NCBI GenBank assembly: GCA_036785375.1
Contig: JAWMAR010000044.1
Location: 3,224,001-3,288,000 of the forward strand
DNA length: 64,000 nucleotides
Source of the DNA: Leucoraja ocellata
Taxonomy: Eukaryota
Direction of reading: 5' to 3'
How positions within the stretch are numbered: position 1 is the first letter of the stretch; every line of letters begins with the position of its first letter. Positions 49,638 to 64,000 of the stretch are shown here, piece by piece. The notes below the pieces were generated by a model, which worked only from the letters and a program-made list of their open reading frames with translations, was not told the origin of the DNA and ran no database searches. The translations under genes and the position numbers were made by a program.

Positions 49638-50450
49638 GTACTCATTCCATCGTTGCTGTTACAATGAGTAAATCAAATTGGCTTAAGTGTTGCACCTGTG
49701 CACTTAAGAGGAAACTTTGACTGCATCAAAGCTCAACTATGACTAATTTGAAGTACCAAAAGGCACAGAATCTATTGGAAGAAGATAGACGAGAGTGGAA
49801 ATAATTGTTGACATCTTATCTGATACCACAATGAATAATCTTAAACCATTGCAATTCAGCTTTAATGAAAAGTGAGAGTTGCTGGAATCTCTCATGCTAA
49901 AGTGCTTCTTTAACTTGGTAAGTTAATAAGTAATTACATGTCCAAGAATGTGCACTGATATCAAAATCATAATATGACTCGAGGCTATAGGCTCAGGGAA
50001 ATATAGTGTACAAGAGGAGGCCATTTCACAAACAACCATTACTTTTTCCAGAATTTGGGGTTTGTAAGAATTACAATTAGTTGGCTGGTGTTATACAGCA
50101 GAACTTTAACATAAATCATCAGCAATATTCCCATTCACAGTTGTACCCAAATGGCACTTGGGTACAACAATATCAGGGAAATTTAGTGCAACATGATACT
50201 TCTGGATTGTAATTCTGGATTTTCCCCAAAACACAGGATTAAAGAATGGCAGATAATGGAAAGATGTCCATTTCATATTAATTTAGATAGCAGTGGTGTC
50301 ATTTTATGCCTGCAGCAAGTTTCTATAATTTAGGACAAAGATACCTAGAATCCACATATTCCTTCACCACAGATATCCATCAGAATAGGAGAATGAAGCT
50401 GGAATGTATATATATTTTAAAAGAAATTATGTATTAACGATGATATTTAC

Positions 50451-50538
50451 CACCATTATATATTATGCAGTTATGCAATATCCATTTGACATCAGCTAGG
50501 AAAGCCTCAGTGCAACCGTACATCTTCTTCTTGACATT
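50451..50538 (-). CDS. ZMYND8: ZMYND8 exon (88 nt), bromodomain
   Basis: ttcag|AAT...GGTG|gtaaa; [29 protein letters not shown]. Confidence 0.96.
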
Positions 50539-50769
50539 CTGAAAGAATAGAAATACTCAGTGGTATTAAATGCATATTCATTTATTACACAACCACAATT
50601 TGGAAAAGCCCACAAGGTCACACAATGTAGTCTATCTTTAGTGAGAGCATGGTAATTTAATCCAATTGACTGAGTAGACTGAGATACACTCCAACTTGCC
50701 CAGAGTGTAACTCGAGTACAAGCAAGTCATTTTGTTGTCATTGAACAATGGCATTTACCAGGATTGTAC

Positions 50770-51600
50770 AAGGTGTAAGGTGCTGCACAAACTGAGCAAT
50801 TGTGAGGAGTTGCAATGTGTGATGTTGAATGTAAGTATACAGTTAATGGCAAGACCCTTAAAAGCATTAATGTACAGTAGGATCTTGAGGTCCAAGTCCA
50901 CAGCTCCCTGAAAATGGCAATGGAAGTAGATAGCGTGGTAAATACAACTTATGGTATGTTTGCCTTCACTGGTTGGGACAATGAGTATAAGATTCAAGAG
51001 TGTTTTATTGTCATGTGTCCCAGATAGGTCAATGAAATTCTTACTTGCTGCAGCACAACAGAATATGTAAACATAATGCAGAACGGGAGATAAAATTCAG
51101 TGTGTAGTCAGTAAGTCATGATTTTGCATTATAGGACAGGTTAGGATGCATTTTGAATATTGTGTACAGTTCTGATCGCCTCATTACAGGATGTGGAGGC
51201 TTTAGAAAATGTGCAGAAGAGGTTTAGCAGAATGCGGCCTGATTAGCTATTAGCTATAAGCCATTTGGAGAGACTTGAATTGTTTTCTCTGAGCTTCCAG
51301 AGGTTGCGGGGAGACCAAATACTTAGAGAGGCATAGATAGGGTAAACAGTCAGAATCTTTTTCACAAGGTAGAAATGTCAGACTAAAGAGCATAACTTTA
51401 AGTGAAAGGGACAAAATTTAAAGATGTGCGGAAGATCATGGTGGTGAAAGCAGATATGAGAGGCACATGTATATGTGGGGAATGGAGAGCTATGGATAAT
51501 GTGCAGGTAGATTAGATTAGTTTAGCTTGACATCATGTTTGGCACAGATGTTGTGGGCCAATGGACCCGTTTCTGTGCTGTACCTTTTGTTGTTTTATGT
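50770..51600 (+). mobile_element. CR1 LINE 3' fragment interrupted by a short insertion (about 50990-51105)
   Basis: gatcttgaggtccaagtccacagctccctgaaa, ttttgaatattgtgtacagttctg and CR1 3' UTR. Confidence 0.8.
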
Positions 51601-53289
51601 TTGATGTCTCAAAAGCAAAATGAATCATTCGGTCTCAGATTTTGTTTGGTATTGGCTTCTGGAACATTGTTACAACAAGCACAAGATTTTAAAAAAGAGG
51701 TTCATTCACATAAATCGCACAAGTTTTATAATTTATGGCTGTAATTAATTATTTACAGGCAGTTTACTGGGCAGAGCCATTCCATTCAAATCCAGATCTG
51801 CTATGCTCAACAATAAAAAAATATCCAAATATGAGAGAGGCCTGTTAAATTAAACAAATAGTAGGTGCTTTTTAAAAATATACTTCCCAAAAGTTTTGCA
51901 GAATTTAATTGTAAAGAATATGGGATACATGTGGAGAGGAAATTTTAATACATATAATTCATTCAATACGCAGATTTAAAAAGAAACCAGCTGCAAAAAG
52001 TAAAGGGTGTGTTGGAAATTGAAAAATAATTTAAAGAAGCAACAGAGATTAACAATGCCATAAAATAAAGCATCCTAATAAGAAGAGCGAGCAAGATGTG
52101 ATCAATTTCCAATAAGGGGCTGGTAAGGTTGGTCAATAAGGGTACAGTGAAGGGTACACACGGTGAAATAATTACTGAATTGATCATCCAGAGATCTGGT
52201 CTGAATGATCTGGATTCGATTTCAAATTTCACCACAGTAACTGGGAATCATAAATTCTAATAATTGAATAATCTGGAAGAATAACAGAACATAAGAACAG
52301 GAACAGATGTAAGCCATATGGCCCCTCAAACCTCTCTGCTCAATAACCCTCTGGCTGATTCTTGGCACAGCCTTGCTCTCCGGCCCATTCTCTTCCGACT
52401 CTCAATTCCCCTAATAACCAAAATCTATCTTCACCCTCATATGTGTTCACTGACTGGGCATCCATAAACCTGTGATAAAGAAATTAATAGATCCTGGACC
52501 TCAGAAGAAATTCCTCATCATCTTCACCTTAAGTGGATGACTCCTTGGTCTGCCCCCAAGTTCTAGATTCCACATGAAAGTAGCAATGCAGTATGGTGGA
52601 ACTACTGAAATACCTTTAAAACAAATCTGTTCACTAATAGTTTCTTGGAAATAAATTTGACCTACTTTCCCCAATATAAAGAATTCCAGATTCATAGCAA
52701 TAAAGCTGGATATTATCTCCCTTCTGAAATGTCATGGTAAGCAATTCAGTTCAAGGGAACTTTAAAATGGCTGTTAATCACCGAGCTTTTCACTAACACC
52801 CATATCTTATGAAATGGCAAAATATATTCAAACACCCTACCCATCAATAAAAAAAAAAAAACCTTGCTGCTCGTCTATAAATGTGTAGGATACTTGGATT
52901 TGTAGCATAATTGGACTGTAAATTGCCCATTGTGTGAAGGGAGTGAATGCGAAAGTGGGGTAACACAGAACTAGTGAGATTGGGTGGTTGATGGTTGGTA
53001 TGGACTCTGTGGGCAGAAAGGCCTGTTTCTGTGCTGTATGACTGTTAAGACAAAATATTTAAATTATGAAGGAATTTTATAGGGAAGACACAAACTTACT
53101 TTGTCTCACGGCCTTTAATTATTCCAAAATTCAAATTCAAATTTATATGCTATTCACAAACAAATTCAGTAAATTCTTTACACATCAAGGTTAGAGCATG
53201 GAACCCATTTCTACAGTTAGTGGTTGAATTAAAAAGGTCAGATGCATTGAGGAGAATCTAGATAAAGGAGAAAGGCAAGGAACAAGCTG

Positions 53290-53577
53290 TTTAGTTTAGT
53301 TTCGATATTCAGCTTGGCAACAGGACGTTTGGTCCACATAGTCCACGTCGACAGCGATCTCTATATACTAGCACTATCCTACACACCAAAACCAATTAAC
53401 CTACAAACCTGTGCATTGTTGGAATGAGGGAGGAAACTAGAGCACCCAGATAAAACCCATGCGGTCACGGGGAGAACATACAAACTCTGTAACAGACAGC
53501 ATCTGTAGTCAGGATCAAACCCGAGTCTCTGGCTCTGTAAGGTAGCAACTATGCCGGTGCACCACCGTGCCACCCCA
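53290..53577 (-). mobile_element. V-SINE (HE1-like)
   Basis: (tttag)n tail, core and head. Confidence 0.85.
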
Positions 53578-54580
53578 ATGATGGAAGATTTTCAAGAGTA
53601 TAAATACTAGGTCAGTTGGGCTAAAAGGTATATATTGGCCCATGACACCAGCACAGACTGCAAATATCTCAGCCGCACACCATGCTTATAGACTGTAATA
53701 ACTAATAGAACCACAGCAATGCTGTGTAATTATATACTTGTATACTGAGTTCTACAATGAGGCTGACAAACAGAGAGCAAGAGATCAATGGAAAAGCAGG
53801 AGCCATTTAAATCTCGTTCACTCGTTTCCCTTATCCCTATCCAGTCTAAAGAAGGGTCTCGACCCGAAACATCACACGTTCCTTCTCTCCAGATAGGCTG
53901 CTTATCCTGCTGAGCTACTCCAGATTTTCGTGTCTATCTGCCATTTAAATCATGTTCTCATGCCAATTGCCTGTGGGATTATCACTATTTCTACAAGTTA
54001 CAAAGACAGTTTGCAGGTTGTAGATTTAACAGGCAAATTGTCTGTCAACAGGTAAACTGGATGGCAACATTAGATGTCCAATTGTTGGAAGACAAACATT
54101 TGACCCACTAAAGTGACTTGCTCCCCAAGGTGCTCAAGTCAATTTCCTAATCAAGCAGGAAAAGATCCCTGGTATAAAACATGCATGAACCAACTTTTGT
54201 ACTCAAAGCATGTATAATAACTAATAAACCAACAGGTTCATATTTTAGCTACATAGCTTTAGCAATGACAGATATTTTAGTAAACAATGGTATTGTGCAT
54301 AATATTGGAAGTGTGTGCATTTATTGAAGTACAATGCTGTTAAATACGCTCTCTGCCACTGGATGGCACTAGACTGCAACATGCTGAAATTGTTATACAA
54401 ATGTGCATTTATTTTGAACTAGGATTTCATGACTTTCCAAAGTAAAAGTCCCAAACTGAAAGCAGAGAGAGACAAGAAGGGGCAATTACACAATTAAGAA
54501 AAGAGAGGAAAAAATCAAACAGAAACACAAGCAAATGGGACCTAATTTGTTAATAAGAGTCCCGAGGTCCGAAAACATAC

Positions 54581-54673
54581 CTTTTCTAATGTGCAGATGT
54601 CCATTGGATGAAAGATATATTCAGCATAATCAGGATGTTGTTCTAATGAAACCGGCTTTTGGAAGGGTTCAGT
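54581..54673 (-). CDS. ZMYND8: ZMYND8 exon (93 nt), bromodomain
   Basis: aacag|ACT...AAG|gtatg; [31 protein letters not shown]. Not in the ORF track; translated by hand. Confidence 0.96.
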
Positions 54674-55246
54674 CTGTTAATAAGCAGCACAGTATTTTTA
54701 AAAGTTACAAATAATTAGAAACAAAATAATTGTTTCGGAAAATACTTTAATAAAGCTTGGGTTTTGTTTCATTTTTTGGAGAAAGAAGTCAAACAAGAAA
54801 CTCAGCAGCTCCATAATTGCAGCAAATGATTAGCCATGGCATGACAAATCCCACAATGACATTTAGCACAGCCAGTTGGGCCACTAATGCAATTTTGCAC
54901 AATGTTTTGGAGGCAGTAAAAAGCTGTGCTCTGAGTGGATCAGAGTAATATATTGTTGCAATAACCTTAATTAAAATCTATCATATACAGTCAGGTTGAC
55001 AGAAATAATACTAATATGTCAATGCTCGGTTCCATGAATCATTTGTATATTGTTTCATGTTCCCCAATCATATGGGAGGTAGTCAGCACATGATGTGGTA
55101 ACATCCACTCGGAGCTGTGATAGTGGCAGATAGAAGAGAATCTCCACTGGATAACACTTTCAGTAGTCATCTGAGAGAGGCCCACTCCATTGATTGCAGG
55201 GGCATTGAAGTGAAAAGACCGAAGTAAAAAAGATAAAATGTCACTG

Positions 55247-55541
55247 ATTTAGTTTAGTTTAACTTAGAGATACAGGATGGAAACAGCCTCTTCGGCCCAC
55301 CAAGTACTGTGCCGACAAGCGATCCCTGCACACTAACACGATCCTACACACACCAGGTACAATTTTACCATTTTACCAAAGCCAATTAACCTACAAACCT
55401 GTACGTCTTTGGAGTGTGAGAGGAAACTGGAGCTCCCGGAAAAAACACTCGCAGGTCACGGGGAGAACGTACAAACTCCATACAGACAGCCCCCATAGTT
55501 AGGATCGAACCCGGGTCTCTGCCGCTGTGCCACCTTGCCGT
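55247..55541 (-). mobile_element. V-SINE (HE1-like)
   Basis: (tttag)n tail, core, B box; deletion in the head. Confidence 0.85.
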
Positions 55542-56077
55542 CTAATTTCTTTCAAAGCGCAATTTCTGACAAACTCCAGCTGCAGTTTATATTTGCAAGG
55601 AGTAAGATCTTGAGCACTGGGACTGCACTCTCAGAAAGGATTTTACTTCTGTAGCTAATGGTAGCTGGATGTTGAACAATTAAGCAAATCATTAAGAGGC
55701 ATAAAGAAGTAGATTATTTTGCTATTACGTTTGTTCCAGATCAGTATATTAAATTAAAATAAAGTGCCTCATGGTTTGATTGACTCATAGCTGACTTTAC
55801 TTTACCAAAGGAATATTGAAAAATTGTGATCATGTCGTTTCTTGTGTTTCACCTTTTAATATTTCTGACACCACGCCATTTAAAAGATTCCTATTCAGCA
55901 TTGTATTTGATTCTTTATTTTTATTTTATTAATAAATATTGAAGTGCATTATCTATTTCAGTTTGATACTCCCTCCCTTTAGTGTGTAATCTCACTACCA
56001 CTCAAGACCCTTAACCGAGAAGTTGAACAAACATCAGAAATGTGTCCCTTTTAGAAGTCACAGGAAAATAACAGTCA

Positions 56078-56368
<291 letters not shown>

Positions 56369-56878
56369 TCAGATACTCTTCTTACTCATGAAATGTACAA
56401 CAGTCTGAATGGCAACGGTCCCAAATGAGTCCAACGCCATCAAGTTTAGGACCAAGTTACCGCATTAACCCTTTGGAAAACATTGTGAATTATTTATCTG
56501 CCAGCTTCTAAAGCTGCTGCTTGTAAAAGTGCTACAGATGAATTAACAAAACTACAAAACCTGGAACTTAGGAAAAGAAAATCAATAAATTATTTGATTA
56601 AAATTCTACCTTTATAGCTCAAAGGGTTAATGATACAATAAAGAAATATTCAATTAAGCTCACAGAAATTAGTCATGTCCTTAGCAACTCAGTTAGTTCC
56701 CTGTATCCATACCAGTTTGTGTTATTGATGAACCTTATCCTATGAATTGTGGCTTCATGCATCTTTTATCCAAATTTATTTATTACATATAATCAAAATA
56801 AAATCCCACTTTCTTATTCTTGAATTTGTACAAATTTAAACCCATTTCCCTCACCATAGTTTCAACTATCTTTTATCA

Positions 56879-57133
<255 letters not shown>

Positions 57134-58377
57134 TCAAAATGGGATGATCACCAATTGTTAGGGTGCAAAAAAAATACCAGTTCTGTTAGGCTTCTCATCC
57201 TGAGTACCAGATGGTTAAGAATGCAATAGGAACAACCGTCCATTGAACAAGATTGCTAGATTATTACAAGACAGTCAGAAGATGACAAATTAATGACAAG
57301 CTTGTTTTTTTAATTATACAAGCAAGTCTGGTCAAATTCATGCAACTGTACTCTTTACTTACAAGACATGCACATACTTTTTCTTACATTGTCTTGCAAA
57401 GTAAAAGAATACAAAATAGATAAAAGTAGTAAAAGTTACTGATATCCATCGTTTTAGACAAAGTGGGGGAAGAAAGCAAAGAATGCAATGCTCAATTGGG
57501 TTTGAGTTTAAGATTCAGCAAAAAAATATTGCTGAAAATATTATATATTTTATTGAGTAATTGTAGCAGAAACCCATCTGAATAAGCAATTTGATACCTA
57601 ACAAGTACCGGTATTCTAATTACACTACAGTAAAAATAATATACTTCACAAAATACTGCAATTTTAAATACTAAATACACACAAAGTAACTACATTTACT
57701 GAAAAATACTGCAAATGTATTAACAGTGAATACCAATATATACTCTCTGTGCAATATTACTAAAGCTCCTCACGTTTGGGGTAACAAAAGCTACCAATTT
57801 ATTTGCCTGGTATTTTTCCAAGAAAACTAAGTTTTGAAGAACAGTTATGTTTTCCCCTCCAACCCCATGGTCATGTGGAGGCGGGCCATTATCTCGTGTA
57901 TAAGAATCATTAACTGCATTCAGTTTTGGAAGGGCTTATTATTATTTTTGATTCAACAGCACTGCTAAACCATTGATCAATCCGAGCACCAAAAATATCT
58001 GGCACCTCCATTGACCTTTTGAAAATATTTGTTCAATGCACAGTAAATTAAACCAAAATTACAGAGATACCAGCTTAACATGAAACATGTTCCTTGGTCT
58101 CTGTCCCTACACGCCTTCTGTACCAACCCTCTGATTCTATCATGCACCCTGACCAGTTTCTCAAGCTAAGCCAGGCCCCGTCATTATATCTAACCTCAAG
58201 ATGCCCATGTTTATCCGTGCCTCCACCCACTGTTGAAACCAATGATAATGGTTTTGTTATCATCAGTCTCAACAGCTCTAATGTTATCCTGATCCATCAT
58301 CCATCAGCTATAAACTTGAGTTCATCAGAAGCTCAATTGCTGGTATTTTAATTCCCATTGCTCCTCCATTTATTCGA

Positions 58378-58682
58378 CAGCACGGTGGTGCAGCGATAGA
58401 GTTTCTGCCTTACGGCACCAGAGACCTGGCTTCAATCCTAACTACGGGTGCTGTCATCGCAGAGTTTATACATTCTCCCTGTGACCGCATGGGTTTTCTC
58501 TGGGTTCTCCACTTTCCAAAGACGTGCAGGTTTGTAGGTTCATTGGTTTCTGTACATTGCCTCTAGTGTGTAGGATGTAAAACTGGGATAACATAGAACT
58601 CATGTACGAGTGATCATTGGTCGGCGCAGACTCAGTGGGCTAAAGATCTCATTCCGCACTATTTCTGAAGTAAACTAAAACT
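58378..58682 (+). mobile_element. V-SINE (HE1-like)
   Basis: cagcacggtggtgcagcgatagag head, core, aaactaaa tail. Confidence 0.85.
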
Positions 58683-60959
58683 GAACTTATGGGCCTATAT
58701 GAAACCCTAATCGATGCCTTAACTTAAAATTGTTCATCAATGTTGACCAGCACTTCAGTAGCCTTACCTATCAAAATATATGTATCCAATTGGAGCCTCT
58801 GCATAACTGATCCCCCTTTTATGGTCAGGATTTCCTACATCCTACTGTTACGTACTGCAGCTATTTCAGTAGTACACCATGGCATTTCATTCATAGATCT
58901 CTCTTCCTTTCCTCCCTGTTCAAAATAGTCCTTAGAGCCTGCTCAGTTTCCAAAGTTATTTGTCATCCATCTCTAGATGTGATGGAAGTCAAATTTATCA
59001 AATGTGGCCATGTGAATGACATTTAAATTTATTAGTAGGAGAAATGCTACAAACTAATTCAACATTTAAAAACTCCATTGTACTCCTTGGCCATCACAAG
59101 TCAAATTATTTTGCAGTTGTTCATTTCTCCTACATTCAATTGGGTACTACAAATTGGTTAATTGGAACCTATTCTGCAATGGATAGGCTATGAGATTATG
59201 GTCCAACCTTCAAAATACAATGGCGCTACTGCAACTTGGTGGAGATTTTTCTACACCCAGCAGAGGTGCATCAGATAGGTTCTGTCAATGTGATTGTAAT
59301 TGTGGCATTTCAGTCATAACACAGTGATGTAGAGCATTTTGATTTGGCAAGAACAATTATAGCATCAATTTCTGGGAATTATCAAGAAATCAAAGGTGAG
59401 GATTCAATGCAATGCAATGGCCACACTGTATTGCTGAACTAACTTGACAATTTAGGGTGGATGCACAAGTGAAGTATACAAGAATATTTAATTATCTTTG
59501 CAAAGCAGATTTTCACAAATTCAAAGCATATTGCACCAAACTTTGTGATCTTGAATTCATTGAATTTGGCTCTTATGCTACTTATATTCCTTAAATTAGG
59601 TGGAATCACTGGCAAAAAATTAATTATTCTCCCTAAGCATACAACCCACAACTGGAAATATGTGCTGCTGTTATGAAAGAAGGGAACTTTTAAAATAAAA
59701 AAAGCTTTAATTTACCGATTTCAGCTGATACCAATGACACAATCCATAGTATATACCCTAAAACAAAATCACTGAAGTATGAAGAATATTGAATAAAGAA
59801 ATCCATCAGAGAGTGGGGAAAAAAAGGTAAATTAGGTCTTTGAGTGGTTTTAAGTTAGTTAAAGACCTGGTTCCAGAGTGATGTTCTTGTAATATTAGCT
59901 GGCTATGTCCTAAAATAATCAAATTGTAAATTTCACAATTAATGCTCTTTGAAGGAGAAGAGGAAAGTTGAAGGTATGCATGATAGACAAATGCTCATTT
60001 CAAAAACTCTGTACCTCTGGCGAAGTTTTAACAAAACCAGATATTATGCCAAATATATTAAACCATTTGTTGCATGGCCACTCTACAGACACTATGTAAA
60101 ATAAATATTGGGCAATAAAAAGTGATTTTATCACCATGGTGTTCAGACTTGACCAGTTTGAGCATGGACGCTATTATTTGGGAACAGCGTTGCCCAAATG
60201 TCAAATAGGTACATGCAAATTCACAATATAAAACTGAAACCCACACGATGCCAAGCTCCCATTAGGATGTGAAATCACATGTAAAGGTAATAGCTAGGGC
60301 ATTTTCGCATTTACATGCCTGATATGTTTTATTCAGCAAAACAAATGGATGCAAATGCCATATGTTAACAAGTGTCATTTCTGAAGATTTCTGTGTTTAT
60401 GTTAAGCCACTAAATATATATCTGTTTACTCTCCTTTACTATTGCTCTTACATTTTGTGGAACTTACAGCATTAGAATGGTTTATTACACAATGTTGATG
60501 ACTGGCCAGAGTTTGAGATCATGTTAAAGAGAGTTTGCAACCACACCTTAAAAGCAGATATTTCTGAGCTTTTGGTTCAAGTGAGGGGAGCATCGTTATT
60601 AGGTCTATGCTCAAATTTGCATGAAAACAATTATTCAGAGTGCAAAAGTGGTGGAATTGGAAGCAGAATATAAACAAACCCGCATGGTCCTATATTGATA
60701 AATACTGCAAATGGTGCCACAATATAACACGGAGAAACAAGGAGCTGCAGGTGCAAATATACAAAATAAAACACAAACTGCTGGAGTAACTCAGTGGGTC
60801 AGGCAGCTCTCTTGGGGAACATGGATAGGTGATGTTTCAGGTTACGACCCATCTGGACCCAGCACATTGATGCAATCATAAAGAAAGCCCATCAATGTTT
60901 CTACTTCCTTAGAAGATTGAGGAGATTTGATGTGCACGAGGTTTCTTAGAAAGTTAACA

Positions 60960-61445
60960 AATCTGCAGGGATCACTATCATGTGACTCCCTGGTCAGATC
61001 ATCCATCATTATCCACCCTTCCCTGATCCCTGGCATTTTCCACTGTAACTGTAGGAGATGCAAAATTGTTCCTATACCTCATTCCTCGCCACCTTCCAGG
61101 GACTAAACAGCCCTTCCTGATGAGGCAAAGATTGGAATGCATCTCCTCCACCCTCGTCTACCACACTTTGTGCTCCCGATGTGGCCACCACTGTATTGAT
61201 TGGAGAGACCAAATGCAGATTTGGTAACTGGTTTGCAGAGAACCTGTGCTTTGACGCCATAGACCATCACAAGCTCCCAGTTGCATGCAATTTCAATTCT
61301 CCTTTCATTTCCCAAACTGATCTTCCGTCCTTGTCCTTCTCCACTGCCCGTGAAGCCAAATGCAAACCAGAGAAACCACACCTCCTATTCCACCTGGGTC
61401 GTTTAACAATCCAACGGTATAAACAATTCATTCTAAAATGTCAGC
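60960..61445 (+). mobile_element. Penelope-like element remnant, GIY-YIG endonuclease
   Basis: Degenerate C.SS.LVY..LCSRCG...IGETKCRFGNWFAENL...LPVACNFNS...HLLFHLGRL (ORF 61181..61519 and the upstream frame), typical of the PLE C-terminal endonuclease. Confidence 0.85.
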
Positions 61446-61959
61446 TAACCCTTGCCTCTGGTTTATATTCTCTTGTTATATTAACTGCCTTCAAGCTGAT
61501 ATTCGAGTTATTCAGCTGATTCGCATCAAACCTCCCCTTTTTCTGTATGCCTCTGGGCATCCTTTGTCATTTTGTACTGGTTATGTTTCCCTTAATTTTC
61601 CAACTGGTGGAAATGTTACCCTGTCTGTACCTAAAACATCTCCCCTTTTAAAAATGTTACTTGATATTCTTTTGCAGTTTTATCTCCAATACTTAATTTT
61701 CCATTACCTCGGTGTTTGTCATTCCATTGAAGTAAGCCCTCCTCCAGTTGAGAATCTCTGCTTTTGATTGTTCCATGCCATTCGGTGCTATTAATGTAAA
61801 CCTTTTTAACTTGATGATCACTGCTTCCCAAGTACCCCCTCCCTGATCTTTGGTGCAGTTGGATCACCTTGCTTCCCAGAAGTCAATTCAATGTTGCTCT
61901 GTGCCTCATTGGCCAAGGTCTTTCTGTTGATTACAATTGAGGAAGTCTTTGCTATGTTT

Positions 61960-62260
61960 GTCCTTTAACATTATTCTAGCCAATCAAAGGTTTAATTTGA
62001 TAGCCCCCAAAATCACAACTATAGTTCTTGCACATTTCTGTAATTTCTCTGCAGATTTGCTCCTTATGCTGCCACTTATTATTGGGAAACCTGGAGCAAA
62101 CCCTCAGTAATTTGATGGCTCCCTTCTTGTTATCCAACTCTAACCTAGTGAATAATACATTTGACTTCTCAAGAACATGCCTTCCCTCCAGCATTATAAT
62201 GTCTTTTTCTAACCAGTACCTCCATCCCACCCACATTTTTCTTCCCCATCTGTTCTAAAC
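61960..62260 (-). mobile_element. CR1 ORF2 endonuclease-region remnant
   Basis: LELDNKKGAIKLLRVCSRFPNN...EQICREITEMCKN (ORF 61976..62236). Confidence 0.65.
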
Positions 62261-62604
62261 ATTTTTGTGGGAGGTAAAGTTTCATTTATGGCTATACATG
62301 TTCCTGCACAGCTGTTTCTGCAGCTCATTGAATTTAGTCATGATGCTTAGAATTATATAATCTATGTCAGTTTTATTTCCATCCGTATTCTCATATAGTC
62401 TGCTCCCATTTAAAACTGTACTATTTTCTGCATGAGTGCCATCTACCACTCCAGTTCTCGTGTGCAGCTTATTTCTACTGCTCTATGCAGATGCCCAAGT
62501 CTTGAAAGTTTGGTATGAATCTCCCAGCTATGACATATTGTACAGGTTCCTCTTATCCCACGACTGATTCCAGTGTCTCAAAGAATTTTGAGTCCTCTTT
62601 TCTT

Positions 62605-62930
62605 AGAACACAGAACAGTACAGAACAAGAACAGGCCCTACAACCCGCAATGTCTGCGCTGAACATGATGTCAAGACCATCTCTTATCTGCCTTATAATC
62701 CATATCGCTCCATATACCTGTGCCTACCCAAAACCTTCTTAAATGTCACTATCGTATCTGCCTCAAGTACCAACCCTGGTGAAGCCTTCTAGGCACTCGC
62801 CACCCTCTGTGTAAAATACAAATTTGCCCCGCACATCTCCTTTTAAACTTTGCCCCATTACCTTATAGCTCTGCCCTCTAGCATTTGATTTTTCCATCCT
62901 GGGAAAAAAGTTCTGACTGCCTACCAATGT
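62605..62930 (-). mobile_element. CR1 LINE 3' fragment
   Basis: FFPRMEKSNARGQSYKVMGQSLKGDVRGKF; a second CR1 3' piece lies at about 63250-63530. Confidence 0.8.
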
Positions 62931-63599
62931 GCCAATATAATATTCTTCATCATGACTGAACCACACATTAATGTTGTAGATTCACGAGCAACTATCTTTG
63001 CTTCCAACCCCTTGACACAAGTATCATTGTTGAAACAATTAAAGATGGCTGACTTGGGACACCGCCTCAAGGAGCAACTACAGAATATTCAAGCATTGTA
63101 CCAATTAATCTATGATAAACACTGCCATTTGATTTTGTACTTGACAGGAATCTAAATAGTGGAGCGTTTTATTACCCTTGCTTCAAGTTGACTTTGGATT
63201 TACCTGAATACTTTTGATGCCATGTTTGGGTAAATGCTGTCTTTATAGAGACATAGAGTATCACAGCACAAAACCAGGCTCATCAGCCCAATGTCAATGC
63301 TGACCAAGATGCCCATCTAAGCAAGTACTATTTTCTCTCAATTGACCTATATCCCTCTAAACCTTTCCTGTCCATGAATCTGCCCAAATGCATTAAAAAA
63401 GTTATTATTGGACCTCAACCACTCAACCTGCCTCAACCACTTTCTATGGCAGTTTATTCCATGGCTCTCTGAGAAGTTGTTGTTCCTTGGGTCCATTTTA
63501 AATCTTCTCCCTCTCATCTTCCGCCTATGAACTATCATTTGTTTTGGGGGGGTCCTGTTTCCTATGTCAAAGCAGACACTATTGGATCAGTTCTGGAAA

Positions 63600-63950
63600 T
63601 CTCCGTATTTGGAGCAAGGCTAGGGTTGAATGATCATGATGGAGCCCCAAGTGAGTTTTGGCAAGTGTTTCTTTATGACCTTGAAAGTAGCCCCTTTGAT
63701 CACTTTACTGAACTAAACGTAGGTTTTGTGATGAGATTGGAAGTTCCATTTTGGGTCAAGTAGGACAATGAGATTGCGGATGGTTTGGTCCACTTGATGG
63801 CCTGAAATTAAGCTATAAGGTGGAGGCAAGTGTATTGAGCTTGTTGGCAGGGTAGGTCGATGAACAGGGAAAACCAAACTGTTGTTGGTTATCATTCGGA
63901 TTGTGTTGAGATTCAGGAGGAGGCAGGAGATGTGTTGGTGGTACACCTGG
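63600..63950 (-). mobile_element. L2-like LINE ORF2 remnant
   Basis: LLLNLNT...QTIRNLIVLLDPKWNFQSH resembles the L2 motif VRNLGVxxDxxLsFxxHI. Confidence 0.55.
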
Positions 63951-64000
63951 CTACATTGTGGAAGAAAGAATGAAATGAAGACAGGGTACTTTTTGACAAA

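Overview
This is AT-rich eukaryotic genomic DNA. The repeat content (HE1/V-SINEs with (TAAAC)n tails, CR1/HER1, Rex1/Babar, L2 and Penelope-like elements) points to a cartilaginous fish, probably a skate or ray; that assignment is an inference. The window holds most of one gene, ZMYND8 (PRKCBP1/RACK7), a PHD-bromodomain-PWWP plus coiled-coil-MYND chromatin reader, on the minus strand. I traced 17 GT-AG exons from 57100 to 30798 that join in one frame (3228 nt, 1076 codons). They are followed by an ambiguous C-terminal exon region, a last exon starting at 22097 and an ATTAAA signal at 21130-21135. I did not find the N-terminal exons, which probably lie beyond 64000. Positions 1-21100 are repeat-rich intergenic DNA with a few CNE-like blocks. 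There are no prokaryotic features, CRISPR arrays, rRNA or true tRNA genes. The most notable observations are: (1) a SINE copy carrying a 3' flank shared with another SINE 6 kb away, ending at the first Pol III terminator and fused to a second SINE's tail; (2) many Penelope-derived palindromic elements with minimal hammerhead-ribozyme cores; (3) a reading-frame puzzle and several candidate stop-containing cassette exons in ZMYND8; (4) an internally deleted Gypsy element with both LTRs, a tRNA-Trp PBS, PPT and TSD. Exon coordinates were read by hand, repeat boundaries are approximate, and comparisons with human ZMYND8 are from memory rather than a search.
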